Below are positions 1 to 7,098 of a stretch of 24,000 nucleotides of DNA, in pieces. Below the pieces are notes generated by a model, which ran no database searches, had not been told where the DNA came from, and worked only from the letters and a program-made list of their open reading frames with translations. The stretch lies in contig JAAXZS010000189.1 of the NCBI GenBank assembly GCA_012719745.1, forward strand, positions 2,480 to 26,479. The letters run 5' to 3'. The first letter of the stretch is position 1, and each line of letters begins with the position of its first letter. Source of the DNA: Clostridiales bacterium. Lineage in GTDB: Bacteria > Bacillota > Clostridia > Oscillospirales > Oscillospiraceae. The position numbers and the translations under genes are program-made.

Positions 1-588
1 CACAAAGTGGACATCCTCAAAAAACACATCAGGTTCCTGCGTGGACAACTCCACATTGGTAAAGTTCCAGAAGCCACGGATACCCATGGCAATCAGCTTG
101 CTGGCAAGGCTCTGAGCCACATTCTGCGGTACGGTCAGTACCGCCACATTGGGCTGATATTCTTTTACATAGGCATCCAACTCATCCATGGAGCGGATGG
201 TTACATCGTGGATCTTGGTGCCGATGAGGGCAGGGGAGAGATCAAAAGCGGAATCCACATGGAAGCCCACCTTGGCAAAATCAAAGTTTTGCAGCAGCGC
301 ATGCCCCAGATGGCCAGCGCCGATGATAATCAGCCGATGACCGCCGTCAATGCCCAGAATATGACCAATTTCGGCTCGCAACTCGGCCACGTTGTAGCCG
401 TAGCCCTGCTGGCCAAACTCGCCGAAGCAGCTTAGATCCTGACGGATCTGGGAGGCGGTAATGTCCATTTTACCGCCCAGGGAGCTGGAGGAAATGCGGA
501 CGACACCCTTGTTGTACAGGTCGTCCAAGTAGCGGTAGTAACGGGGAAGACGATGGATAACGGCGTCAGATATTTTTTGCTTTTTCAT
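1..588 (-). CDS. rex: Redox-sensing transcriptional repressor Rex (3' end runs off the window start)
   Basis: Absent from the ORF track because no stop lies inside the window. Reverse-strand translation from ATG (588-586) reads MKKQKISDAVIHRLPRYYRYLDDLYNKGVVRISSSSLGGKMDITASQIRQDLSCFGEFGQQGYGYNVAELRAEIGHILGIDGGHRLIIIGAGHLGHALLQNF... This is the Rex winged-helix N-domain followed by a GxGxxG Rossmann NADH-sensing domain. A GAAGGAA RBS lies just upstream. The + strand ORF 7..435 is its antisense shadow. Confidence 0.9.
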   Translation of the reverse strand, partial: MKKQKISDAVIHRLPRYYRYLDDLYNKGVVRISSSSLGGKMDITASQIRQDLSCFGEFGQQGYGYNVAELRAEIGHILGIDGGHRLIIIGAGHLGHALLQNFDFAKVGFHVDSAFDLSPALIGTKIHDVTIRSMDELDAYVKEYQPNVAVLTVPQNVAQSLASKLIAMGIRGFWNFTNVELSTQEPDVFFEDVHFV

Positions 589-664
589 ACTGTTCCTTCT
601 CTATTGCTCAGAATAAGATGCGCGCTGCAGAGAGCCGCTTGACTATTATTTCACAGTTTTACCT

Positions 665-693
665 ATTGTACAGCAGGTTTATCCAGTTGTCAA
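665..693 (-). promoter_or_regulatory. Candidate sigma-A promoter of rex
   Basis: Read on the minus strand: TTGACA (693-688), 17-nt spacer, TACAAT (670-665), about 75 nt upstream of the rex ATG. Confidence 0.5.
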
Positions 694-705
694 CTTTTTT
701 AACAA
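687..705. promoter_or_regulatory. Rex-box-like inverted repeat overlapping the rex -35 element
   Basis: TTGTCAA-CTTTT-TTAACAA resembles the clostridial Rex operator consensus TTGTTAA-N4-TTAACAA as I recall it. The spacer is 5 nt rather than 4, so confidence is low. Confidence 0.3.
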
Positions 706-725
706 TCTAAATTAAAAAATTTCCC

Positions 726-754
726 TTTACAGAAGAGAAAATAATTGCTATAAT
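726..754 (+). promoter_or_regulatory. Candidate sigma-A promoter for the tRNA-Arg transcription unit
   Basis: TTTACA (726-731), 17-nt spacer, TATAAT (749-754) preceded by TGC (extended -10). It sits 27 nt upstream of the tRNA-like 5' half. Confidence 0.5.
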
Positions 755-780
755 ACATAAGCCGTGTCGGAAATAGATAT

Positions 781-819
781 GCGCCCGTAGCTCAGCTGGA
801 TAGAGTGACAGACTCCGAC
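781..819 (+). pseudogene. Orphan 5' half of a tRNA-Arg(CCG) gene (acceptor 5' strand, D arm, 5' anticodon stem, anticodon loop)
   Basis: GCGCCCGTAGCTCAGCTGGATAGAGTGACAGACTCCGAC is 35/39 identical to nt 950-988 of the intact tRNA downstream. Similarity ends exactly after the CUCCGAC anticodon loop. No 3' anticodon stem, T arm or acceptor 3' strand follows. Confidence 0.65.
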
Positions 820-949
820 GTTTCAGGCGTCTCCAGTTGAGATATGCCGCAAAGCCCTGCCGCGCCTGCGTTTGCGGGGATGGCAGAGAAAAAATGAGTG
901 GTCGTTGACTACTATTTGACGACTATCGCAAAACCCCACAACCAAATAT

Positions 950-1026
950 GTGCCCGTAGCTCAGTTGGATAGAGCGTCAGACTCCGACTCTGAAGGCCGC
1001 TGGTTCGAATCCAGTCGGGCATACCA
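950..1026 (+). tRNA. tRNA-Arg, anticodon CCG, genomically encoded CCA
   Basis: Hand-folded cloverleaf. Acceptor GTGCCCG/CGGGCAT (G1-U72 wobble). D arm GCTC-AGTTGGATA-GAGC. Anticodon arm TCAGA-CTCCGAC-TCTGA (anticodon CCG). 5-nt variable loop AGGCC. T arm GCTGG-TTCGAAT-CCAGT. Discriminator A plus CCA. Total 77 nt. Confidence 0.9.
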
Positions 1027-1029
1027 AAT

Positions 1030-1081
1030 GAAAACCGCTTGAAACCATTGAAACACAATGGGTTCAGGCGGTTTCTCTTTT
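1030..1081 (+). terminator. Long hairpin plus T-run downstream of tRNA-Arg
   Basis: GAAAACCGCTTGAAACCATT / AATGGGTTCAGGCGGTTTC form a ~19-bp imperfect stem with loop GAAACAC, followed by TCTCTTTT. Confidence 0.5.
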
Positions 1082-1124
1082 AGCATATTGCGGCGGCAGT
1101 AAGAGAATGCTGCCTTTGATTAGG

Positions 1125-1175
1125 GACGTTTTTGGTCGGTTTGGGACACTTAGGTGTGCAAAATGTGTGCAAAAT
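1125..1175 (+). repeat. Left copy of ~51-bp imperfect direct repeat (att-like), core GTGCAAAAT-GT-GTGCAAAAT
   Basis: Ungapped hand alignment to 3086-3136 gives 38/51 matches. The 20-nt core 1156-1175 matches 3117-3136 at 18/20. The core is itself a tandem GTGCAAAAT iterated with 11-nt periodicity. It lies 10 nt from the integrase stop codon. Confidence 0.6.
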
Positions 1176-1185
1176 CGGAGCCAAA

Positions 1186-1821
1186 TTATGGCGCGGAGTT
1201 TATCAACTTCCGCGCTGTTTCCAAAGATGTGTCTGTGGGATGGGTGTAAATATTGGCTGTGGTAGATATATCTGCATGTCCCATTAAATATTTTGCGATG
1301 TTGATCGGAACACCTTTCTTCTCGAGATCGGTACAGAAGGTATGGCGCAGATCATACAGATCAAGATCTTCTGCAAGGACATGCCTGGTAATGATAAGGG
1401 AGTGCTTACGCTTTCCTTTTGGCTTGATATGCTCCACTTCGGCGCCCAACAGAATGTCCATATATTTTTTTGTAGTTTCCCACATCCGCTTCATGGACGA
1501 TTCAGTTATATGGGATTTGCCGTCGCGCTGGGTGAAGACGTAACCGCCTTTAACATATTTCATTGCTTTAAGCGTGGGAAGATATTCCTTCGGGATTGGT
1601 ATACGACGGATGCCGGCTTTTGTTTTGGGGCCCTTCATCGTGTTGCTGCCGGATTCCTTTGCGCTGCATACCGTGATGGTTTCCGATTCCAGGTCAACAT
1701 CATCCCATTTGAGAGATGCGGTTTCGCCGGGACGAAGACCACAGTATAAAATCATCTGCACCCACATACCTGCCCTGTTGGGCTTGCCATCAACAAGAGA
1801 CGTTTTAGCAAATGTGAGCAA
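1186..1821 (-). pseudogene. Tyrosine recombinase/phage integrase, catalytic domain only (N-terminal core-binding domain missing)
   Basis: The ORF has the catalytic signature: GLRPGE (Arg I), YDLRHTF (His-x-x-Arg), MGHADISTTANIYTH (His plus nucleophile Tyr). The ORF-track start is a TTG. Integrase-like sequence (HRSITDAERSALLTFAK) continues in frame only to about 1851, where it meets the opposite-strand serine recombinase fragment. About 100-150 aa of a normal N-terminus is absent. Confidence 0.8.
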
Positions 1822-1851
1822 AGCGGATCTCTCTGCGTCCGTGATGCTCCT

Positions 1852-2844
1852 GTGAGAGCCTTTCGAATCATCAATCCGTCCGCATACAAGGCTAAAAACG
1901 GCGATACACGCTTTTCACGGTACAATGACAATCAGAACCCGGATAAAGTGTTTGAGTGGTGTTACGCCACGATTCAGATTATTCTGCAAGACCGGGTTTA
2001 CACCGGGGATATGGTGAATCACAAGTGTGAGATTGTCAACTACAAGACCAAGGAACGACAGAACCAGCCGAAAGAGCAATTCATTGTTGTTCCCAACACA
2101 CATGAACCTTTAGTCAGCCGGGAAGATTTTGAGCAGGTGCAAATGCTGATTAAAGCCCGTCCGTCACCATCGGTTTATGAAACAGAAAATCTGTTTCGTG
2201 GGGTTCTTGTGTGCTCTGAATGCGGTCATAGTCTTTCTATGGCACACCGTCGGGACAAACGCACCTTTTACCGCTGTATGCATCATTACCGCCATCCGGA
2301 CGAATGTATGCACACCCATGCCATCTTTTACGATGACCTCTACAAAGCCGTTTTAGAGCGTATCCGAGCAACGGCAAGGCTATTGCAGGATGACGAAGCC
2401 TTTTATCGGCTGGTAGAAGAAAAAGCAGGCTTAGACACCTCTGAAATGCATTTAATGCAAGAGCGTGACAAGCTGAAACGCAGACAGCAGGAACTTTCCA
2501 CGCTGCTTTTCAAGCTATTCGAGGATCACGCTGCCGGACTGATATCTGATGCAAACTATGTGTCGTTCACAAACAGATACCAGTCCGAGCAGACAGAAAT
2601 CCAAGGTAAAATTGCGGTGCTGGATGCAAAACTGGAACAGCAGGTTGATTACCAAGTGGGTGCCGAGCAGCTTCGCCAAGCAATCTCCGACTACCTGAAC
2701 ATTGAAACCTTAACGCCATTCATCTTGAATAAACTTATTGAGAAAATTCAAGTGGGATGTGTTGAGAAGATTAACGGTCAGGCAGTGCAGGAGATTACTA
2801 TTGTGTGGAGATTTACAGGAGTTGTTAGTTCTGAACAAATGTAA
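1852..2844 (+). pseudogene. Large serine recombinase, C-terminal portion only (resolvase catalytic domain missing)
   Basis: Contains the recombinase-domain segment (WCYATIQIILQDRVYTGDMVNHK...VVPNTHEPLVSREDFEQVQ), a zinc-ribbon motif (CSECGHSL...YRCMHHYRHPDEC) and a coiled-coil tail typical of TnpX/phage-type large serine recombinases. There is no N-terminal resolvase domain with the catalytic Ser. The frame opens with GTG at the junction with the integrase fragment. Confidence 0.8.
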
Positions 2845-3085
2845 AACTGGAGATTATTTGATCGACTTTTTTTAACTCTGATGTTTTCTTTTCACTTTGA
2901 TAAGTTGCAAATACTACTTTAGGAAAATGAGCAATTACCCATAGCTTGATGAACCATTGATCTGGTGTATTGCCAATTCCATACAACACAGTTTTTTCTT
3001 TTTTGGTACCATCAAGGATTAGGGCATGATTTAGCTTGATTTGATTAGCATCAATAAATTTCTATAGAATGCTGTTTTAATTAGA

Positions 3086-3136
3086 AATGTTTTAGGCCAC
3101 TTTGAGACATTCAAGAGTGCAAAATATGTGCAAAAA
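3086..3136 (+). repeat. Right copy of the ~51-bp imperfect direct repeat, core GTGCAAAAT-AT-GTGCAAAAA
   Basis: See 1125-1175. Similarity stops at both outer edges, and the flanks after 1175 and after 3136 are unrelated. Confidence 0.6.
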
Positions 3137-3446
3137 AAGGCAAGCGAAAAAGCAGCAGAAATACGCCTTGCCAATAAAAGCCGTTCTTGCTATATTAGAA
3201 GCTGTAATAGGTAAAGAACCAGAGCAATGTCGCATCCTTTAGCGGGAAGACGGTATTTTTCTAAATGCTTTTTTGAATTTGCTTGATCATAGCGGGAAAT
3301 TTGGTATCTGGCGTGTTGCTTTTGATATTGCGGAACATGTATTGAAAACGTACCGGGCGCACTAAATAGAAATCTCCAAATTCAGCGAATTCGGGGATTT
3401 TTTCATCAAAAATTGCCGCCGAAAGGCGGGGAAAGAAGGACGCAAA

Positions 3447-3938
3447 ATGGAAAATGCAGCCGTTGAAAAAAAGAAGCAGGTACTCTGCCGTATGGCACAG
3501 GACTTTAACGATGCCGGCATTACCTGGGCAGTGGGAGGCTCTGTGCTGCTGTATTTTGAGGGACTTGTGACCGATTTCCACGACCTGGACATTTCGGTGA
3601 CCCGGGGAGACGCGGCGACGGCGTGCCGCATACTCGATACCCTGGGGCAGCCCCAGCCGTCGGAGCAAAATTCTCTTTACCAGACGGAGTGCTTCCGGGA
3701 ATATACGGTGGAGGGCGTAGAGGTGGACCTGATGGCCGGCTTTTCCATTATGGCTTCCGATGGGCTGCACAGCTTTCCACTGAAAAAACAGAGCATCTGC
3801 CGCACCGTTTATCTGGGGGAAACGGCCATCCCGCTTCAGTCACTGGAAGACTGGGAGCTTTTCTATGACCTGATGGGACGGCCGGAGAAGGCGCGGATGA
3901 TCCGGACGTACCGGACAGAGGGGAACGCGGTACGCTGA
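3447..3938 (+). CDS. Pol-beta-superfamily nucleotidyltransferase-fold protein (Lnu/ANT-like small NTase); substrate unknown
   Basis: 163 aa. The N-terminal motif ITWAVGGSVLLYFEGLVTDFHDLDISV fits the hG[GS]-x(9-13)-Dh[DE]h minimal NTase signature seen in lincosamide/aminoglycoside nucleotidyltransferases. An AAGAAGGA RBS lies upstream. The overlapping minus-strand ORF 3261..3770 has no recognisable features. Confidence 0.55.
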   Translation: MENAAVEKKKQVLCRMAQDFNDAGITWAVGGSVLLYFEGLVTDFHDLDISVTRGDAATACRILDTLGQPQPSEQNSLYQTECFREYTVEGVEVDLMAGFSIMASDGLHSFPLKKQSICRTVYLGETAIPLQSLEDWELFYDLMGRPEKARMIRTYRTEGNAVR

Positions 3939-4125
3939 GTCGGACAGGGTAAGGAAGACGGCTCCGGCCGAAAAACAAGGGATTGGCGGCATTTTATGTG
4001 CCCAAAACGGTTCTTTGCGGAATCTCCTGCTGCCGATTTTGGGGCTGGTTTTCTTCGGACTGATCTTTGGGTTTAACCTGTAAAAAAACAGGCGTGAAAA
4101 AAGGAAATGTCATGCGGAAATATTT

Positions 4126-4154
4126 TTGACAAACATAGATTTATTCCCTATAAT
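4126..4154 (+). promoter_or_regulatory. Consensus sigma-A promoter
   Basis: TTGACA (4126-4131), exactly 17 nt, TATAAT (4149-4154). It lies ~70 nt upstream of the ATG at 4227. Confidence 0.65.
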
Positions 4155-4226
4155 AAAAGCATCTTAAATATATCCGACAGAAGCGCCGGATCAGGAAAAA
4201 CGGGCAAAACCGAGAGAGGGAAAACC

Positions 4227-4736
4227 ATGATCTCTGCCATTGTCTATACATCTGAAACGGGCTTCACCCGACAATATGCCGCCATGCTTTCGGAAGAAAC
4301 CGGTCTGCCCGCCTATTCGCTTGACCGTGTACCGGAGCCGCGGGGCGGGCGGGAGATTATTTATATGGGATGGCTGGCCGCCCGAGGTATCGCCGGCTAT
4401 CCGGCGGCCGCCGCCCGGTACAAGGTGCGGTGCGTGTGCCAGGTGGGGCTTGATGCTCCCACGGCCCACAGTTTGGAAAGAACCAGAAAGTGGCATAATA
4501 TAGACCCGGAGATTCCGCTCTTTGCTCTGCAGGGCGGTCTGGACATAAATAAACTGCACGGTGCCTATCGGCTGATGATGCAGGCGTGGCGCAAAAAAAC
4601 GATTGCACAACTGGAAAAGGAAAAGCCCTTGGATGAACAGCAGAGGTTCCTGTACAACGCGGCCCGGTTCGGCGCATCGTGCGTGAAGCGTGATAATCTG
4701 CAAGATATCATTGCGTGGTATCACACAGTTGAATAA
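4227..4736 (+). CDS. Flavodoxin-like domain protein
   Basis: An internal ATG with a GAGAGAGGGAAAA purine-rich RBS is preferred over the track start 4107, which lies upstream of the promoter at 4126-4154. MISAIVYTSETGFTRQYAAMLSEETGLPAYSLD is a flavodoxin-type beta1 / phosphate-loop (T/S-x-T-G-x-T) start. 169 aa. Confidence 0.55.
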   Translation: MISAIVYTSETGFTRQYAAMLSEETGLPAYSLDRVPEPRGGREIIYMGWLAARGIAGYPAAAARYKVRCVCQVGLDAPTAHSLERTRKWHNIDPEIPLFALQGGLDINKLHGAYRLMMQAWRKKTIAQLEKEKPLDEQQRFLYNAARFGASCVKRDNLQDIIAWYHTVE

Positions 4737-4750
4737 GGAGGATGACCAAA

Positions 4751-5014
4751 ATGGAAAATGCATTGTGTATCTGCAAAGACATGTTGGGAACGGTGCTGGG
4801 ATTTTTCTTGAATCTGGCACGGGAGACAGCGGCGCTGGTGACCCACACCATCGCGCAGCTGACAGAAAAAACAATGGCGTTTGTGGGCAGAAAGTGCTGG
4901 GATCGTATGCGGAAAATTGCGCAGCCCGTCCTGAAGTGCGTGATGATCCTCTCCGCTGTCACGGCGGTCGTCTCCGGCGTCTGCTATCTCATCACCAGAA
5001 AAAACGGCAACTGA
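4751..5014 (+). CDS. Small hypothetical protein with C-terminal transmembrane helix
   Basis: AGGAGG at 4736-4741 lies 9 nt before ATG 4751, whereas ATG 4742 abuts the RBS. The C-terminus PVLKCVMILSAVTAVVSGVCYLI is hydrophobic. A strong terminator follows. No family recognised. Confidence 0.4.
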   Translation: MENALCICKDMLGTVLGFFLNLARETAALVTHTIAQLTEKTMAFVGRKCWDRMRKIAQPVLKCVMILSAVTAVVSGVCYLITRKNGN

Positions 5015-5030
5015 TACGAATTGAAAAAGA

Positions 5031-5064
5031 AAGGGCTGCCACAGCTGTGCGGCAGCCCTTTTCC
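5031..5064 (+). terminator. Rho-independent terminator
   Basis: GGGCTGCC (5033-5040) and GGCAGCCC (5051-5058) form a perfect 8-bp GC-rich stem, followed by TTTT. Confidence 0.7.
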
Positions 5065-5178
5065 TATGCAAACCGAATGTCTTTCGACAAAATACGAAAG
5101 TTGACTATGGAAAACAGAAGTGCGGAATGCTATACTATTTAACAAATTACGGCTTAAGCAAGCAAGGAGGTTTTTGTT

Positions 5179-7065
5179 ATGAGAAAAAAAGCATTTAAGG
5201 CGGAATCAAAGCGCCTGCTGGATCTGATGATTAACTCCATCTACACGCACAAGGAGATTTTCCTTCGGGAGATCATCTCCAATGCCAGCGACGCCATCGA
5301 CAAGCTCAGCTATCTGTCGTTGACGGACGACAAGGTGGGGATGAGCCGGGCGGATTTTGAGATCCGTCTGACAGCGGACAAGGAGACCCGCCTGCTCACC
5401 GTCAGCGATAACGGCATCGGTATGAGTGCCGAGGAGCTGGAGAACAACCTGGGTATCATCGCCTCCAGCGGTACCCTTCAGTTCCGCAAGGAGACAGAGG
5501 ATAAGGATACGGATGCCGATGTGATCGGCCAATTCGGCGTGGGTTTTTACTCCGCCTTTATGGTGGCCGACAAGATCACGGTTATCACCAAAAAGTACGG
5601 TGAGGAGGAGGCTCATCGCTGGGAATCCTCCGGTGCCGACGGTTATACCATCGAGCCCTGTGAAAAAGAGAAGGTGGGCACCGATATTATCATGCACATT
5701 AAAGCCGACGGCGAGGGGGAGGAAAACGAATACTCCCGGTATCTGGAGCAGTATACCCTCAGTTCCCTTGTGAAAAAATATTCCGACTACATTCGCTTCC
5801 CCATCCGCATGATGATGTCCCAGTCCAAGCGCAAGGAGGGTTCTCCCGATGACAAGCCCGAATACGAGGATGTGTGGGAGGACAAGACGCTCAACAGCAT
5901 GAAACCCCTGTGGCAGCGGAAAAAGAGCGAGGTGACGCAGGAGGAATACAACAAATTCTATCAGGATACCTTCGGCGATTATACCGACCCGCTGTCTGTC
6001 ATCACAGTGTCGGCAGAGGGTGCTGTCACCTATAAGGCACTGCTGTTTATTCCGGCCAAGCCGTCATTGAAGTATTACTCCGAGGACTACGAATCGGGTC
6101 TGCAACTCTATTCCTCCGGTGTAATGATTATGGACAAGTGCGCCGATCTCCTGCCTGACTGCTTCAACTTTGTCCGGGGCGTGGTGGAATCTCCGGACCT
6201 GAATCTGAATATCTCCCGGGAGCTTTTGCAGCATGACCGTCAGCTGAAGATCATCTCCGGCAATCTGGAAAAGAAGATCAAAGGCGATCTGGAACGGATG
6301 CTGCGGGACGAGCGGGAGAAGTATGAGACCTTCTACAAGAGTTTTGGCCGTCAGCTGAAATACTCTCTTGTAAACGGCTATGGCGCCAAGAAGGAGCAGC
6401 TGCAGGACCTGCTGCTGTTTTACTCCTCCACAGAGAAAAAGCTGGTGACGCTCAAGGAGTATGTGGAGCGGATGCCCCAGGAGCAGAAGTTTATTTATTA
6501 CGCCTCCGGCGATAAGGTGGAGACCATCGACCACCTGCCCCAGACGGAGCTTTTGAAGGATCACAAGATGGAGATCCTCTATTTCACCGACCGGGCGGAT
6601 GAATTTGTGGCCGAAGCGCTGCACGCCTACGAGGAAAAGCCTCTGCGCTCCGCCGTGGACGGCGATCTGGAGCTGAGCGATGAGCCCAAGGCGGAGGAGT
6701 GCGAATCCGATAAGGAGACCTTTGCCTTTATCAAGGAGACGCTGGGGAACAGAGTGGATGAGGTCAAGGCCTCCGCCAAACTGAAGACCCACCCGGTGTG
6801 CCTTTCCAGCGGCGAGGGCATGACCTTTGAAATGGAGAAGTATTTTATGGCCGTGCAGCCGGAGATGCAGATGAAGGCCAAGCGCATTCTGGAGCTGAAT
6901 GTGACCCATCCGGCCTTTATAAAGCTGGGAGCGCTGCGGCTCACCGATCCGGAGACGGCCAAAAAATATGTGGAGATCCTCTTCAATCAAGCCCAGATGA
7001 TCGCCGGGCTGCCGGTGGAGGACCCCTCCGGCTATACGGATCTGCTGTGTAGCCTGTGGCAGTAA
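5179..7065 (+). CDS. htpG: Molecular chaperone HtpG (Hsp90 family)
   Basis: 628 aa. It has the hallmark N-terminus KAFKAESKRLLDLMINSIYTHKEIFLREIISNASDAIDKL, the GHKL ATPase motifs DNGIGM and GQFGVGFYSAFMVA, and AAGGAGG 8 nt upstream of the ATG. Confidence 0.97.
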   Translation: MRKKAFKAESKRLLDLMINSIYTHKEIFLREIISNASDAIDKLSYLSLTDDKVGMSRADFEIRLTADKETRLLTVSDNGIGMSAEELENNLGIIASSGTLQFRKETEDKDTDADVIGQFGVGFYSAFMVADKITVITKKYGEEEAHRWESSGADGYTIEPCEKEKVGTDIIMHIKADGEGEENEYSRYLEQYTLSSLVKKYSDYIRFPIRMMMSQSKRKEGSPDDKPEYEDVWEDKTLNSMKPLWQRKKSEVTQEEYNKFYQDTFGDYTDPLSVITVSAEGAVTYKALLFIPAKPSLKYYSEDYESGLQLYSSGVMIMDKCADLLPDCFNFVRGVVESPDLNLNISRELLQHDRQLKIISGNLEKKIKGDLERMLRDEREKYETFYKSFGRQLKYSLVNGYGAKKEQLQDLLLFYSSTEKKLVTLKEYVERMPQEQKFIYYASGDKVETIDHLPQTELLKDHKMEILYFTDRADEFVAEALHAYEEKPLRSAVDGDLELSDEPKAEECESDKETFAFIKETLGNRVDEVKASAKLKTHPVCLSSGEGMTFEMEKYFMAVQPEMQMKAKRILELNVTHPAFIKLGALRLTDPETAKKYVEILFNQAQMIAGLPVEDPSGYTDLLCSLWQ

Positions 7066-7098
7066 GGCGGAAATGAGGCATTTGTTAAAACACATGAG

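Larger units (their letters stand above)
1125..3136. mobile_element. Degenerate integrated element / island remnant next to tRNA-Arg (two truncated recombinase genes plus AT-rich cargo remnant between direct repeats)
   Basis: tRNA-proximal position, flanking direct repeats, two site-specific recombinase fragments, and a compositional drop to roughly one-third G+C in 2845-3085 (hand count of two 60-nt lines gave 30% and 35%). Confidence 0.5.

Noticed and set aside
7-435. 142-aa + strand ORF at the window start
   Set aside because: It is the antisense shadow of rex. The opposite strand gives an unmistakable Rex sequence, whereas this frame has no recognisable motifs or RBS.
639-656. Second Rex operator (CTGTGAAATAATAGTCAAG on the minus strand)
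   Set aside because: Only one half-site (TGTGAA) matches. The partner half matches the TTCACA consensus at about 3/6. It is mentioned only as context in the Rex finding.
781-1026. Intron-containing or split tRNA-Arg (5' half at 781-819 spliced to the 3' half at 989-1026)
   Set aside because: The intervening 169 nt is far too short for a group I intron. It also contains a complete second 5' half that pairs correctly with the 3' half (T2-A71). The fragment's C2 would mismatch A71.
3261-3770. 169-aa minus-strand ORF overlapping the nucleotidyltransferase gene
   Set aside because: The + strand frame carries the NTase GS...DxD motif and an RBS. The minus frame is Arg/His-rich with no motifs.
4015-4083. 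Tiny hydrophobic ORF (TTG start; LRNLLLPILGLVFFGLIFGFNL) between the NTase and flavodoxin-like genes
   Set aside because: It has no ATG or GTG start, no RBS, and only 22 codons. A chance open frame cannot be excluded.
5065-5178. Heat-shock control element (CIRCE, TTAGCACTC-N9-GAGTGCTAA) or a clear promoter upstream of htpG
   Set aside because: No CIRCE-like inverted repeat is present. The TTGACT and TATACT hexamers are 24 nt apart, so no canonical promoter can be supported.
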